64,000 nt of DNA from Octopus vulgaris (lineage: Eukaryota). Every line of letters starts with the position of its first letter. Position 1 is the first letter of the stretch. The notes under the pieces are model-generated. The model did no database searches. It was not told the DNA's origin and saw only the letters and a program-made list of their open reading frames with translations. The DNA is taken from positions 151,590,001 to 151,654,000 of the forward strand of contig OX597814.1 in the NCBI GenBank assembly GCA_951406725.2, written 5' to 3'. Both the position numbers and the translations under genes were made by a program. Shown one piece after another: positions 1-10,535 of the stretch.

Positions 1-451
1 GTAGCCCCAGGAAGACACCTCCTCCAGCTGGCTATAGACACACATTCTGTGCCCTATCAGTATTTGTGAAGGAAAGTCATCCCTCCCGTCTTCAACTTAT
101 GATACACACGGACTCGAGTTTCAAGGTATTGCCCTATCATCGGCGTGTGACAATCATAGTTGTTGACGAGAAGTCAGTTTCCCTCACAAATACATATACT
201 TTTTCCAGTATCGATTGACACTGATATTGAAAAAGTGAAATCAAACAATGATAAATCTCAGAGCGTGAGGGAAACTGACTTCTCGTCGACAACTATGATT
301 GTCACACACCGATGATAGGGCAATACCTTGAAACTCGAGTCCGTGTGTATCATAAGTTGAAGACGGGAAGGATGACTTCCCTTCACAAATACTGATAGGG
401 CACAGAACGTGTGTCTATAGCCAGCTGGAGGAGGTGTCTTCTTGGGGCTAC
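1..451. mobile_element. Foldback/MITE-like long inverted repeat (left arm truncated by window edge)
   Basis: 1-187 is the near-perfect reverse complement of 265-451, with a 77-nt spacer. The right side ends in a (TA)n run at ~513-530. Confidence 0.85.
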
Positions 452-529
452 AAACTACAGTAGCATCCACCCTTAGGGGTTAGCCATATTCAAATGGCAA
501 ATATACGTCACTATATATATATATATATA

Positions 530-697
530 TACGACGGGCTTCTTTCAGTTTCCGTCTACCAAATCCACTCACAAGGCTTTGGTCGGCCCGAGGCTATAGT
601 AGAAGACACTTGCCCAAGGTCCCACACAGTGCGACTGAATCCGGAACCATGTGGTTGGTAAACAAGGTACTTACCACACAGCCACTCCTGCGCCTAT
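530..697 (-). mobile_element. tRNA-derived SINE family A, 5' part
   Basis: Reverse complement of the AGGCGCAGGAGTGGCTGTGTGGTAAG...GGTTC...CCTTGGGCAAGTGTC head seen in full at 10005-10421. Confidence 0.85.
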
Positions 698-914
698 ATA
701 TGTATATATATAACATAAACTCTTTTCTTTATTCACCATAGGGATGATATACAATCTAATCTAATAAAGAACTCTTGCTTATTAGGTTTTTCCAAGACGC
801 TCAGGCAATAAGCAATGATTTTCTAAAATTTTCGATTGTTTAGGAATCTGTACTTGAATATCCGTGTGACGCAGAAGTGCGTTACAACGCACCGTCCGAG
901 AATCACCGGCTTAC

Positions 915-1050
915 CGCGGCAGTGGACTAAGTTGTTCTGGATATCCAATACAGAATGCCTTCGGTTATAGATCCGCTTGATTATGGTCGACACGGAGGTA
1001 AACAAATAAACCAAATGAATTTCTCCAGATGTTTCTACAAATTTCATTTC
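915..1050 (-). other. Possible first (non-coding?) exon of a divergent gene leaving the window leftwards
   Basis: Unique, CpG-containing sequence with a minus-strand donor CGCG|GTAAGC at 915/914, ~500 nt from TCTA exon 1. No downstream exon is visible. Confidence 0.25.
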
Positions 1051-1537
1051 ATGAAATTTTGGAATTGTACTCCCTCTGCAAGTGATTTGAATTTGTGTTG
1101 AAACAAAAAATTACTTTAAGGAAAAGTAATTTAAAAGTCATTTATAACTCACATTTACCGTTACATTTGATTTTTTTTTATAGTATTGAATACTATTAAG
1201 TGTTAAGTGCAGTGAAATTGTATCAGTGACCACATCATAGATGCGCAACAAGACTTTATAGCATAAGATGCACTGTTGTAAAATAAAGCAAAAGTACAGA
1301 CAAACCGTATATATATATATTTTAAATAGATATCACGACTATACAAAAGTTAATTACTCCAATAAAGTTTAATATAATTTTATCGGAAAGATTACTTTAC
1401 CAAGCTTCTTAAAGGGAGATAACTATAAAGTTCTGTTTAGTCCACCAATCGTATTTCCTTTATTATACTTCTTTGGATTCTGCGTATTTACTCCTCTTTG
1501 CACGTAATTTTCATTCAACGTTTCAGCAAAGGTCTCC

Positions 1538-1546
1538 CTGGTATGT
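1538..1546 (+). promoter_or_regulatory. Candidate alternative 5' splice site CTG|GTATGT overlapping the TCTA start codon
   Basis: GT at 1541-1542 is followed immediately by ATG 1543-1545, and the context is a good donor-consensus match. Confidence 0.45.
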
Positions 1547-1852
1547 CTGACTGGAATCAATTGAACACTTACTACCGTATTATATACGACTACCTAAAAC
1601 CAGATCAAGTGATATCGTGTGCGGAAGGTGTATTGCAGTCTATTGTAGGGACAGCAAACTCAGACCAGGGCGACACTACCTTGGCAAGTAGTGACACAGC
1701 AAATGCTCCAGGTCGGCTGTGTTTTGTGAACAGTCCTGTACAAGTGAGGGTTTTACTTGGATTGCTTGCTTATTTCTTCATCACTATTGTCCTTATCCAT
1801 TTGGCCTGGCTTCTGTACGGATTTGATATAAATGAATTATTCGTACGATCTG
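1543..1852 (+). CDS. TCTA: TCTA-like (T-cell leukemia translocation-altered family) membrane protein, coding exon 1
   Basis: ATG at 1543. QVRVLLGLLAYFFITIVLIHLAWLLYGFDINELFVRSG resembles the remembered human TCTA core ([39 protein letters not shown]). Donor TCTG|GTGAGT after 1852, phase 1. Confidence 0.75.
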
Positions 1853-2413
1853 GTGAGTTACAGAAATTCAAAACACACCTGTATCATTACATTTACGTTT
1901 GTTTATTATTATCATTATTATTAATATTATTTTTTTCTTTATTAACATTTATATACTGCAGTGTCGGTAGTTGGTCGTACATCTACCTGTTTATCTACTA
2001 CTTGACCACTAACATAATCCTACTACATTTACCGTACAGTGGAATTGTGTCAATGAAGTTGTAAATTCACAACCTTTGAAATTATCAACATTCATTCCTC
2101 TTCGCCATTACAATCGTGTTTACACACACAAACACATACATACTCTGTAATCAATATTATTTAGAAATATTCTAGTGTGGCGTGTAATTTATTATTTCGG
2201 TTTTGATAATGATTTTAACTACCCTTGCTCAAGGCCATATTTTATGGAAGTCCATATAATCGTCTTAGTGGGTAGACATCAACAATGGTATGGATTTTTA
2301 CACTTACTTCTGAATGTATTGCTATTAAAAGAAATAGTGTTGACAATATAAATTATATATATATTTATATATACCTATATAAACTCGATAGTTAACGTGT
2401 GTCTGTGTGCGTG

Positions 2414-2449
<36 letters not shown>

Positions 2450-4427
2450 AATATATATATTTACACACACAGAAATCGTTTACAATTTCTTCTATTCAGC
2501 AAATATTGATAACCGCGTGTATTTAGTGAGTTTACTGTTTTAATTAATATCCTGATGACAACATGGATTACATTTAGTGACTTCTATAGTTTATTGTTTG
2601 TGTCTAGTATCTCACCTGATCAACTAATGTCATATGACTGGTACACAATGCCAATCAGGTTATTTATTTAAATGACTTCAGTGAATTTTTGGCTGCAATT
2701 TGCGTCTTGGACTTATTCCACGTGTTGACCGTTTAAGGAAACCTTATGACGATAAAAACCACGTAAACCAATAAACAGACCAATATGTAAGTGGTCTAAA
2801 TACTAAATATATCGTTTGTAACTTTCCCTCCTTCTCTCTTTATACTCTTTCACACAGATAGTTACCCATTCACTGCTGTGTATAAATTAGGAAATTTTCA
2901 TCTGCTATTACTCTGATCTCTATGCACACTTGAAAAATAATAGGCAGTTCGTGATCGCGATGACATGACCATTGGTCTGCTTCGTTAAGGGCCTGACCTG
3001 AGCTATATAAATAACAACACATTGTTGTTTTTTTTTTATATTTAAAGCTGTAGCAGTTATTTCTCTACTCCAAACTATACAAACATATTATTATTATTAT
3101 TATAGCAATAATATTTGCGCAGTTATTTTGTCGATTAAAGCATCATTATCACTATAATTTATTTTTAGTAGAATTAAGTATTTTCTCCATGTAATTCCAA
3201 CGAGAGATGAGATTTTATGTCGTTGTTTGATCTGGCAGAAATAGCTGCTAATTTTCCCCCAAACCACAATTGTCTTGTCGAAAAAGCACACTCTATTGCA
3301 GGAAAGAATGTGTAGTCGTGGCTGGAAAGTCCTTTAATCATAGACCTGTCTGCTCCATAAGAGTTGATTGACTCACGGCTAAACAACAGTAACAAGGGCG
3401 CTTATTCGTTTCTAGGGTTCGATGAAAATGTAAATATTTACTTTATCATCCAGTAGTAGGTATTTTCCAAGTCAAAAAGGAAAGTGAAAATATATATTTT
3501 TTTGTTGTTGATAAATACACATGTTAAACGGATCTAATATCTTTAATACTTCAAATGTACTACCATAAATGTCATTGGTGACACTGACACCAATTTGATT
3601 GTATTTTGAATAAGATACTCTGCCCATATATCGCTGCAGTAGTTCTAGCTGACACTCAAATGCTATTATTTTAATGCTCGCCATGCAGTACACCTAATGG
3701 CTTCAGATTTTGGCACAAGGTCAGCAAGTTAAGGAAATGAGGTTGGTCCAAAACATTGACCTCAGTACTTGATACATTATTTTATTGAAGGGATGAAAAA
3801 TGTTCTCTATGTAATGCATCTAGTAATAAATGAGATTGACTACATGTACAAAAAATATATATATATAGTTTTTCTTGACCTGAGTTGTATACAATGTTCG
3901 AGTCAACAATTTTGCAGTTAAGTAATTTTATTTCCTGTATTGTGCTGTTAACCAGTCTAACTCATTTGGGTAAATCACAACATGTATGATAGATCCAAAT
4001 TAAATGAGAAGAACGGCGAACTGGTATCTCGCCAACTCTCAGTTTGTTATTTTTACTTTTTAGAAAATACTTTCTCGTTCAATTTGCCAGGAAAACACAC
4101 TTTCGAAAAAGTAAATACTTTCACTTTCGCGAGGCTCTGAAAACAATTACCGGCACATCAACGACAAAAGTAGATTCCTGTTCCATTGCCTTGCAATTCA
4201 TGATTTGTTTTCTTCATTTCATTAACTCGAATAAGACCCAGTTCATAAACCCCTCAACAAATTATAACGATGTAAATGTATTGTGAAAGATATCCACTCT
4301 AAAGAAAGGCTGAAATCTTAAAACTTTTGCTTCTGATTAAACACGGGACCTATGCATAGGCTTGTTTGTGTGGTTAAGAACATCACTTTGCAACTTTGTG
4401 GCTTTCAATTCGATCCCAAAGAACGTA

Positions 4428-4643
4428 CTAGGTGGTACTGAAAAGTTCCTGGCTTTAAGGATATTGCAAAGGCCTGGCCGGAGCCCCAACCTTCTGAGTT
4501 CTTTTACAGGGCTTAGAAAAACTGAAGAACTGCTGCAATAAGTGTGTGAATCTGAGAGGGGAATATGTTAAATAAAATCATAATTAATTGATCCTCCTGT
4601 ATTTTCTTTTACCCAAAGCCAGGAACTTTTCAGTACCTCATTG
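4428..4643 (+). mobile_element. Mariner-derived MITE (internal deletion derivative)
   Basis: TIRs GGTACTGAAAAGTTCCTGGCTTT / AAAGCCAGGAACTTTTCAGTACC with TA flanks. Retains the transposase C-terminus GLEKLKNCCNKCVNLRGEYVK*. Confidence 0.8.
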
Positions 4644-5849
4644 TAGTTGCATTGGCACCATGGGCAAGGTTTTCTATAGCTTCGAGTTGACCAAAGCTTT
4701 GTGAGTTTGAAACAGTAGAAACCCATCAGAGAGATTCTGATTGTTCTTAAATTTTAGACTTAATCCATCTACCCATTTAGCACCACCACTGGGTTCCTTG
4801 GTGTCTTTAGCAAAAACGACTCTTGTAAACACTAGGTCCAGATCTCCAGTTTGAAGATAATTTCTTTTCACTGGTCTTAGAGGTCTTGCCTTTCTTGTGA
4901 TTAAATCCATTTAAGTAAATATTACCTTGTAACTAATGAAACCTCAAGTTGAACATCTAGAAACTTCTGCTAAAAAGACAAAAATAGCATGAACAGTAGA
5001 TGAACTTGATTTTTTTTTTAGCCTCAATTCAATTGGGCCTGTGATCAAAGGTGTTCCATCATTGACCAAATTGTATTTTCCCCACCTTCTTGTACTCAAG
5101 ACTACATTATCCAATGTTTGCAGATGTTATTGTTGTAACTTGAGGAAGATTTGGTTACTATTTTTATTAGTCTGAATGATCATGTAGAGGTTTCTTCATT
5201 GGCTCACTAGCTATGGAGTATATCATCTGAATAAATTCAAACACAATTTAATGCTCTACTTATACTGTTGTTTAGCCCTAGGTCAGCTAGTATTCTCATT
5301 GTGATTATACCATTCTCATTGTAGTTGACTACATTGTTCAACCTGTCCTATTTTAAGCTGCCAAGATATTATTCGAGGGAAACTTATATGCTATTACTTG
5401 CAGGTCAAGCAATGATATAAAGACTCCTCCATTTATCTTCCTGTGCCTTATGTTCGCTTGCAATTTATTTTATGAAGAATGTTGAATATGTAATAAAATC
5501 CCCGCCTAAGTATATGCAAGAAAAATGTAGTGGGTTGAGAAGTGGGGTCTGGTTCAAATGCTTACAGCAGGGAAATTTGTTAAAGGCTCTTGAGTTCTAA
5601 GTAATTGATGTTAACTTGAGTGGTGAGCAAGTTCCACCATGCATGCTAAACTGGGCAGTGAGCTAGGCCGATCATCCATGTTAAAAGTAGAGGCACTTGA
5701 AGATATGAAGAGATGGGCCAGTACCAGCAATATGGTGTAATCACTACTGAAGATAGTGTATCAAGTACACCCTCAGTCTTGATATTTTGAACAAGCCGAG
5801 AACTGAAAGCCTCATTTAACCTTGTACAGAGAGTAGCAGTTTACATTTA

Positions 5850-6129
5850 CAAGGTGGTATAAAAAAGTTCCCGGACTAGTTACGTTTAATAAAAAAATAA
5901 CTTATTTACTCTTTACTCTCTGTACCCTTTTACTTGTTTCAGTCATTTGACTGTGGCCATGCTGGAGCACCACCTTTAGTCAAGCAAATCGACCCCAGGA
6001 CTTATTCTTTGTAAGCCTAGTACTTATTCTATTGGTCTCTTTTGCTGAACTGCTAAGTGACGGGGACATAAACACACCAGCATCAGTTGTCAAGCAATGC
6101 TAGGGGGACAAACACAGACACACAAACAT

Positions 6130-6177
<48 letters not shown>

Positions 6178-7185
6178 GACGGGCTTCTTTCAGTTTCCAT
6201 CTACCAAATCCACTCACAAGGCTTTGGTCAGCCCGAGGCTATAGTAGAAGACACTTGCCCAAGATGCCATGCAGTGGGATTGAACCCGGAACCATGTGGT
6301 TGGTAAGCAAGCTACTTACCACACAGCCACTCCTGCACCTAAATTTTAACATCATCTCTCTTGAAATAGTCACCTTGCGCAGCAATACACTGGTCCCAGC
6401 ATTCTTGTCACTTTTGGAATCTGCCCTGGAAGTCATTTTCCATAAGCAAGTCAAGGACCTTCTGTGATTCACTCTTGATCTTGACAACAGTGTTAAAACA
6501 GTGATCTTTGAGCTGCATTTTCATCCTGGGAAAGAGATGGAAATCTGCAGGCACTAAGTCTGAATAGGACTGAGGCAAAAGCGATACCATGTTGTCTTTG
6601 ATAAGAAACTCACAAGTGAAGGGAGCTTAGTGACAGGGTGCATTGTTGTAAAAAATCCAATTCTTCACACTCTGCAGATGTTCTTACTTTCACTGGATGT
6701 CCTCCCTCAAACACTTCAAAATATCATTGTCCTCTAACAATCCTCATGCACAAACTGATGAATTTTCTCCTCATTTCTGGGGGTCACACTTATAGTAGGT
6801 CTTCCAGATTGCTCATCATTTTCCAGGGACATTCTTCCACTTTTGAAGCACCCATGCCACTTGAAACATTGCGTAATACCCATTGCCTTGTTGCTGTAAG
6901 CTTGCTGAAGCATGCTCCATGTCTCTGTTGCAGACTTCCCAAATTTAATGAAAAAAATTTCACATTGGCTCTTTTGTTCCAACTTTTTGTCTATGACAAA
7001 AATTGTAGACTATAACATACGTGATCACAAAAACACAAATTTCACGACTTGCAAAGTAAACACAGTGATGTCACTCAACACTACCTCATAAAGGTCATTG
7101 CTAGCTCTCACTGTGCATGCAACCATGTGCTGCCATCTGTTGGCATGCTACAGAAGTAGTCTGGGAACTTTTTGATACTATCTCA
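5850..7185 (-). mobile_element. Decayed mariner (Tc1/mariner) transposon with nested SINE
   Basis: TIR-like ends with TA flanks. ORF fragments 6734-6982 (HTH, RSGRP-like) and 6408-6590 (YSPDL-like motif and FHLFP). Confidence 0.85.
5910..6337 (-). mobile_element. SINE family A, full length, inserted in mariner
   Basis: Complete head, internal (TA)/(CA) microsatellite and GTAAAAGA-type tail. Confidence 0.9.
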
Positions 7186-7192
7186 TATGTAT

Positions 7193-7800
7193 AAAATAGC
7201 AGCTTACATTTACACATGGAATAGCAGTCAGCTTACATATAGGGTGGCAATCAGCTGCATCCAGACGTGTTTTGTGTAGCCCTGGTGTATGGGCAGGAGA
7301 AGGGATAGAAATACAATTTGAATTCAAATTCACCCATTTGAAATTTCAAATAGCTGGAATTTTTCAAGTGCACAATACCCTGACTTTTGTACATTTGATA
7401 CTGTCTGCATAAATGTCTCTTCTCAGTCATTAAAAAATGTAAAACAATAAAATACAACGCCAACTGTTCTGCTATCACAAAGTATAGAATAACAGTTTAC
7501 ATTTACATATAGAATAACAGTCAGCTTACAGATAGGGTAGCAGTCAACTGCAACCAGACATGTTTTCTGTAGCTCTGGTGTATTGGCAGGAGAAGGAATA
7601 GAAATACAATTTTGAATTCAAATTCACCCATTTGAAACTGCAACTCTTATTATTTTACATGTTTCAGTCATTACACTGCAGCCATGCTGGAATTCTTCAA
7701 GAGCTCAGTACCATGACTTTTGAACATTTGATACTGACTGTGTAAATGTCTCTTCTCTTTCATTAAAAAAAGTAAAACAACAGAATACACAGCTCCAACC
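7193..7800. repeat. Tandem direct duplication, ~300-bp unit x2
   Basis: GGCAGGAGAAGG.ATAGAAATACAATTT.GAATTCAAATTCACCCATTTGAAA and AAATGTCTCTTCTC...CATTAAAAAA each occur twice, about 295 bp apart. Confidence 0.8.
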
Positions 7801-8599
7801 TTTTTGATACCACCAAGTATCATAAAACACATGAGATACAGTCAACATATTGATTATACATATTTACCTGTGATTAAGTAAATAGTCAATATATTTGGCT
7901 TTAGGTTGAGCAGTCCAGTTTTTGAGTGCTTTGTCCTTCACTTGGTGATAACTACTAGCTGCTACTTTGCTCTTTTTTCACATCTGACTAAGAAAATTCA
8001 TGTAAATTGCCCTAGGAAACTGAGGATTTTATCTAAGTTTGTAAAAAAAAAAATCAGAATTTTGCTGACTTTACATATGATAATAATACCAACAATAAGA
8101 TCTAGTTTTATGAAAATTTTAGTTAAAATGTGAAGATGTGATGGCATGTATGTATTTTTTATTTTAAATAAAGTGCCTGTGGCACATAAAAAGCACCCAC
8201 TACACTTTTGAAGTGGTTGGCATTAGGAAGGGCATCTTGCCACATCAGATTGGAGCCTGGTGCAGCCTCCTGGTTTGCCAGTCCTCAATCAAACTGTCCA
8301 ACCTATGCCAGCATGGACGGACGATAATGATGAAAGGTAATTTCTTGCCTACATACAGGGTACAAGCCATATTGTTAGCATATACAAGAGGAAAGTCTAC
8401 CTAAATCTGTATTGGAGAATGGTAGATTTCTTTGTTCCTGTTTCACTTCCTTTAAGAAATGTTGAAAAGAAGGACTCTAAGATTTTTCAGTTCTATTTTA
8501 CTATTATTGACATTTGCTGTTTTGTTAAATTATGCTACCCAAATCCCAAAAGAATATTTTTCTCCCTTGTGTTCTGACCACCCTAACTCTAGCACCCTC

Positions 8600-9650
8600 C
8601 CCCCTCTCTCTCTCGGCCTCACTTTGTCTGTCTGTCTCTCTTTCGATTACCACTTGCTTTGCCAAGACTTCCTCCACCCCCACCCTATATAAACTAGCGC
8701 ACGCACTTGGATTCCCCTACTCGATTTTTAATACCTCCGCCGAAAGAATACGTATCCAGAAGATGCTCTTGTCTAAAGTTGCTAGTTTGCGGTACACCCG
8801 TCCACCTCATCCACCTGTACCGGAAGTTCCTATCCTCTGTCATGCTTTGGTTGTCTCCCATGAACACTTCTAAAGGCTTTACACCATCCCCACCCCTACA
8901 TAGGGTTCATCTCCTATGTAAGGTAGTAATCATATTGTGCATAAATGTGATGGTGTAGTGTATGCAGGTTAAATTGAAGGTTTATGAATTCTGCCAAATG
9001 CGAGCTTTCTTTTCAGTACATGACGCTGCTGTCTCCCGTCCCAGGGTCTCATGGGCCTACACCTCCCACACCCTCAGGGTTGGCACTCTCAATGTCGGCA
9101 CACTGAAAGGTAGGTCTGGTGAGATTGTTGAGATGCTTGAACGGAGGCAATGACTAGTGACTGAGACCATTGGAAATATGCTGTGCTTGAGAAGACCCGG
9201 CAAGCCAAGTGATACCATAACCTGTGGCCTATGCCAGGGGTGTAACCAGCCCATTTATGCATACCTTTCCTTCATTGAACACTAAACTCTGCTTGCGAAG
9301 ACCTGTTGAGGCAAGTGAAATCGAAATCAAATACGATGACAGCACAGCATGTCTGGCATCCATGCTAGTGGAGCGCTAAGAGCACCATCTGAGCGTGATT
9401 GTTACCAGAGTCACTGACTAGCTTCCGTGCCGGTGACACATAAAAAGCATCATTGGAGTGTGATCATTACCAGCATTGCCTTACTGGCACATGAAAAAAT
9501 ATTTGAGTGAGGTTGTTGTCAGTGCCTGTGGACTGGCTCCTGTGCAGGTGGCACGTAAAAAATACCATTTGAGTGTGGCTGTTGCCAGTACTGCCTGACT
9601 AGCCCTCGTGCTGGTGGCACATAAAAGCACCCACTACACTCTTGGGAGTT
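8600..9650 (+). mobile_element. Internally deleted RTE-clade LINE (APE start fused to 3' UTR)
   Basis: LRVGTLNVGTLKGRSGEIVEMLERR is a typical APE N-terminus. It is joined at ~9150 to the 3' tail with GGTGGCACGTAAAAAGCACC repeats. Confidence 0.7.
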
Positions 9651-9874
9651 AACAGTGAAATTTTAAATCCTGCAACCATGATATCATCAATGACATCATT
9701 CCTATGATTTTAAACCCCTTTTGTCATATTTCTGGTGAAATACATTACTTTTGCTTCTGTTAATTTTGAAAATAATGAAAAAATTTAGTAAGACAACTTT
9801 ATCGTTATTAAACTTCTGTTTGGAACAGAAAATAGCATCAAATTTTGTTGGAAAGTTTTTAATTCAGTCCACTT

Positions 9875-10535
9875 TATCCCTTCAGCATTTAAACAGACCA
9901 CATCAGGCCCATATAGTCTACCTGTTATATGTTCAAACTGGCCAGATCTGGCCTCTCACACCTATCCTACAATGTCATTCTATAAAAAATAAAGATAATA
10001 AATAAAGGCGCAGGAGTGGCTGTGTGGTAAGTAGCTTGTTTACCAACCACATGGTTCCGGGTTCAGTCCCACTGCGTGACACCTTGGGCAAGTGTCTTCT
10101 GCTATAGCCTCGGGCCGACCAAAGCCTTGTGAGTGGATTTGGTAGACGGAAACTGAAAGAAGCCCGTCGTATATATGTATATATATATGTGTGTGTGCGT
10201 ATATGTTTGTGTGTCTGTGTTTGTCCCCCTAGCATTGTTTGACAACTAATGCTGGTGTGTTTATGTCCCCGTCACTTAGCGGTTCGGCAAAAGAGACCGA
10301 TAGAATAAGTACTGAGCTTACAAAGAATAAGTCCCGGGGTCGATTTGCTCTATTAAAGGCGGTGCTCCAGCATGGCCGCAGTCAAATGACTGAAACAAGT
10401 AAAAGAGTAAAGAGAGTAAGAGTATCACATCTTCAATATCTCAAAAGCTAAGAGATAATACATAATTAATTCAAAACGATATGAATAAATAAATAAGCAT
10501 GACATATGACAGAATAATCTGAATAATAAAGGGTA
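9875..10535 (+). mobile_element. piggyBac-type MITE interrupted by SINE A
   Basis: Family with CCCTTTAGCATT...AATGCTAAAGGG termini and TTAA flanks. Other copies at ~10680-10880, 25975-26155, 37470-37665, 40381-40604, 46058-46600 and 46662-46880. Confidence 0.7.
10005..10421 (+). mobile_element. SINE family A, full length (tRNA head with A/B boxes)
   Basis: A box TGGCTGTGTGG, B box GGTTCAGTCCC, CCTTGGGCAAG motif, tail GAAACAAGTAAAAGAGTAAAGAG. Confidence 0.9.

Noticed and set aside
1853-2064. Hydrophobic C-terminal extension of the 188-aa ORF 1498-2064
   Set aside because: It is read-through into T-rich intron after the GTGAGT donor, and the ORF-track start at 1498 is TTG.
6087-6467. Recurrent short ORFs (e.g. 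6087, 9975, 14285, 27674, 30524, 34281, 41651)
   Set aside because: They are chance translations of SINE or RTE tails and microsatellites.
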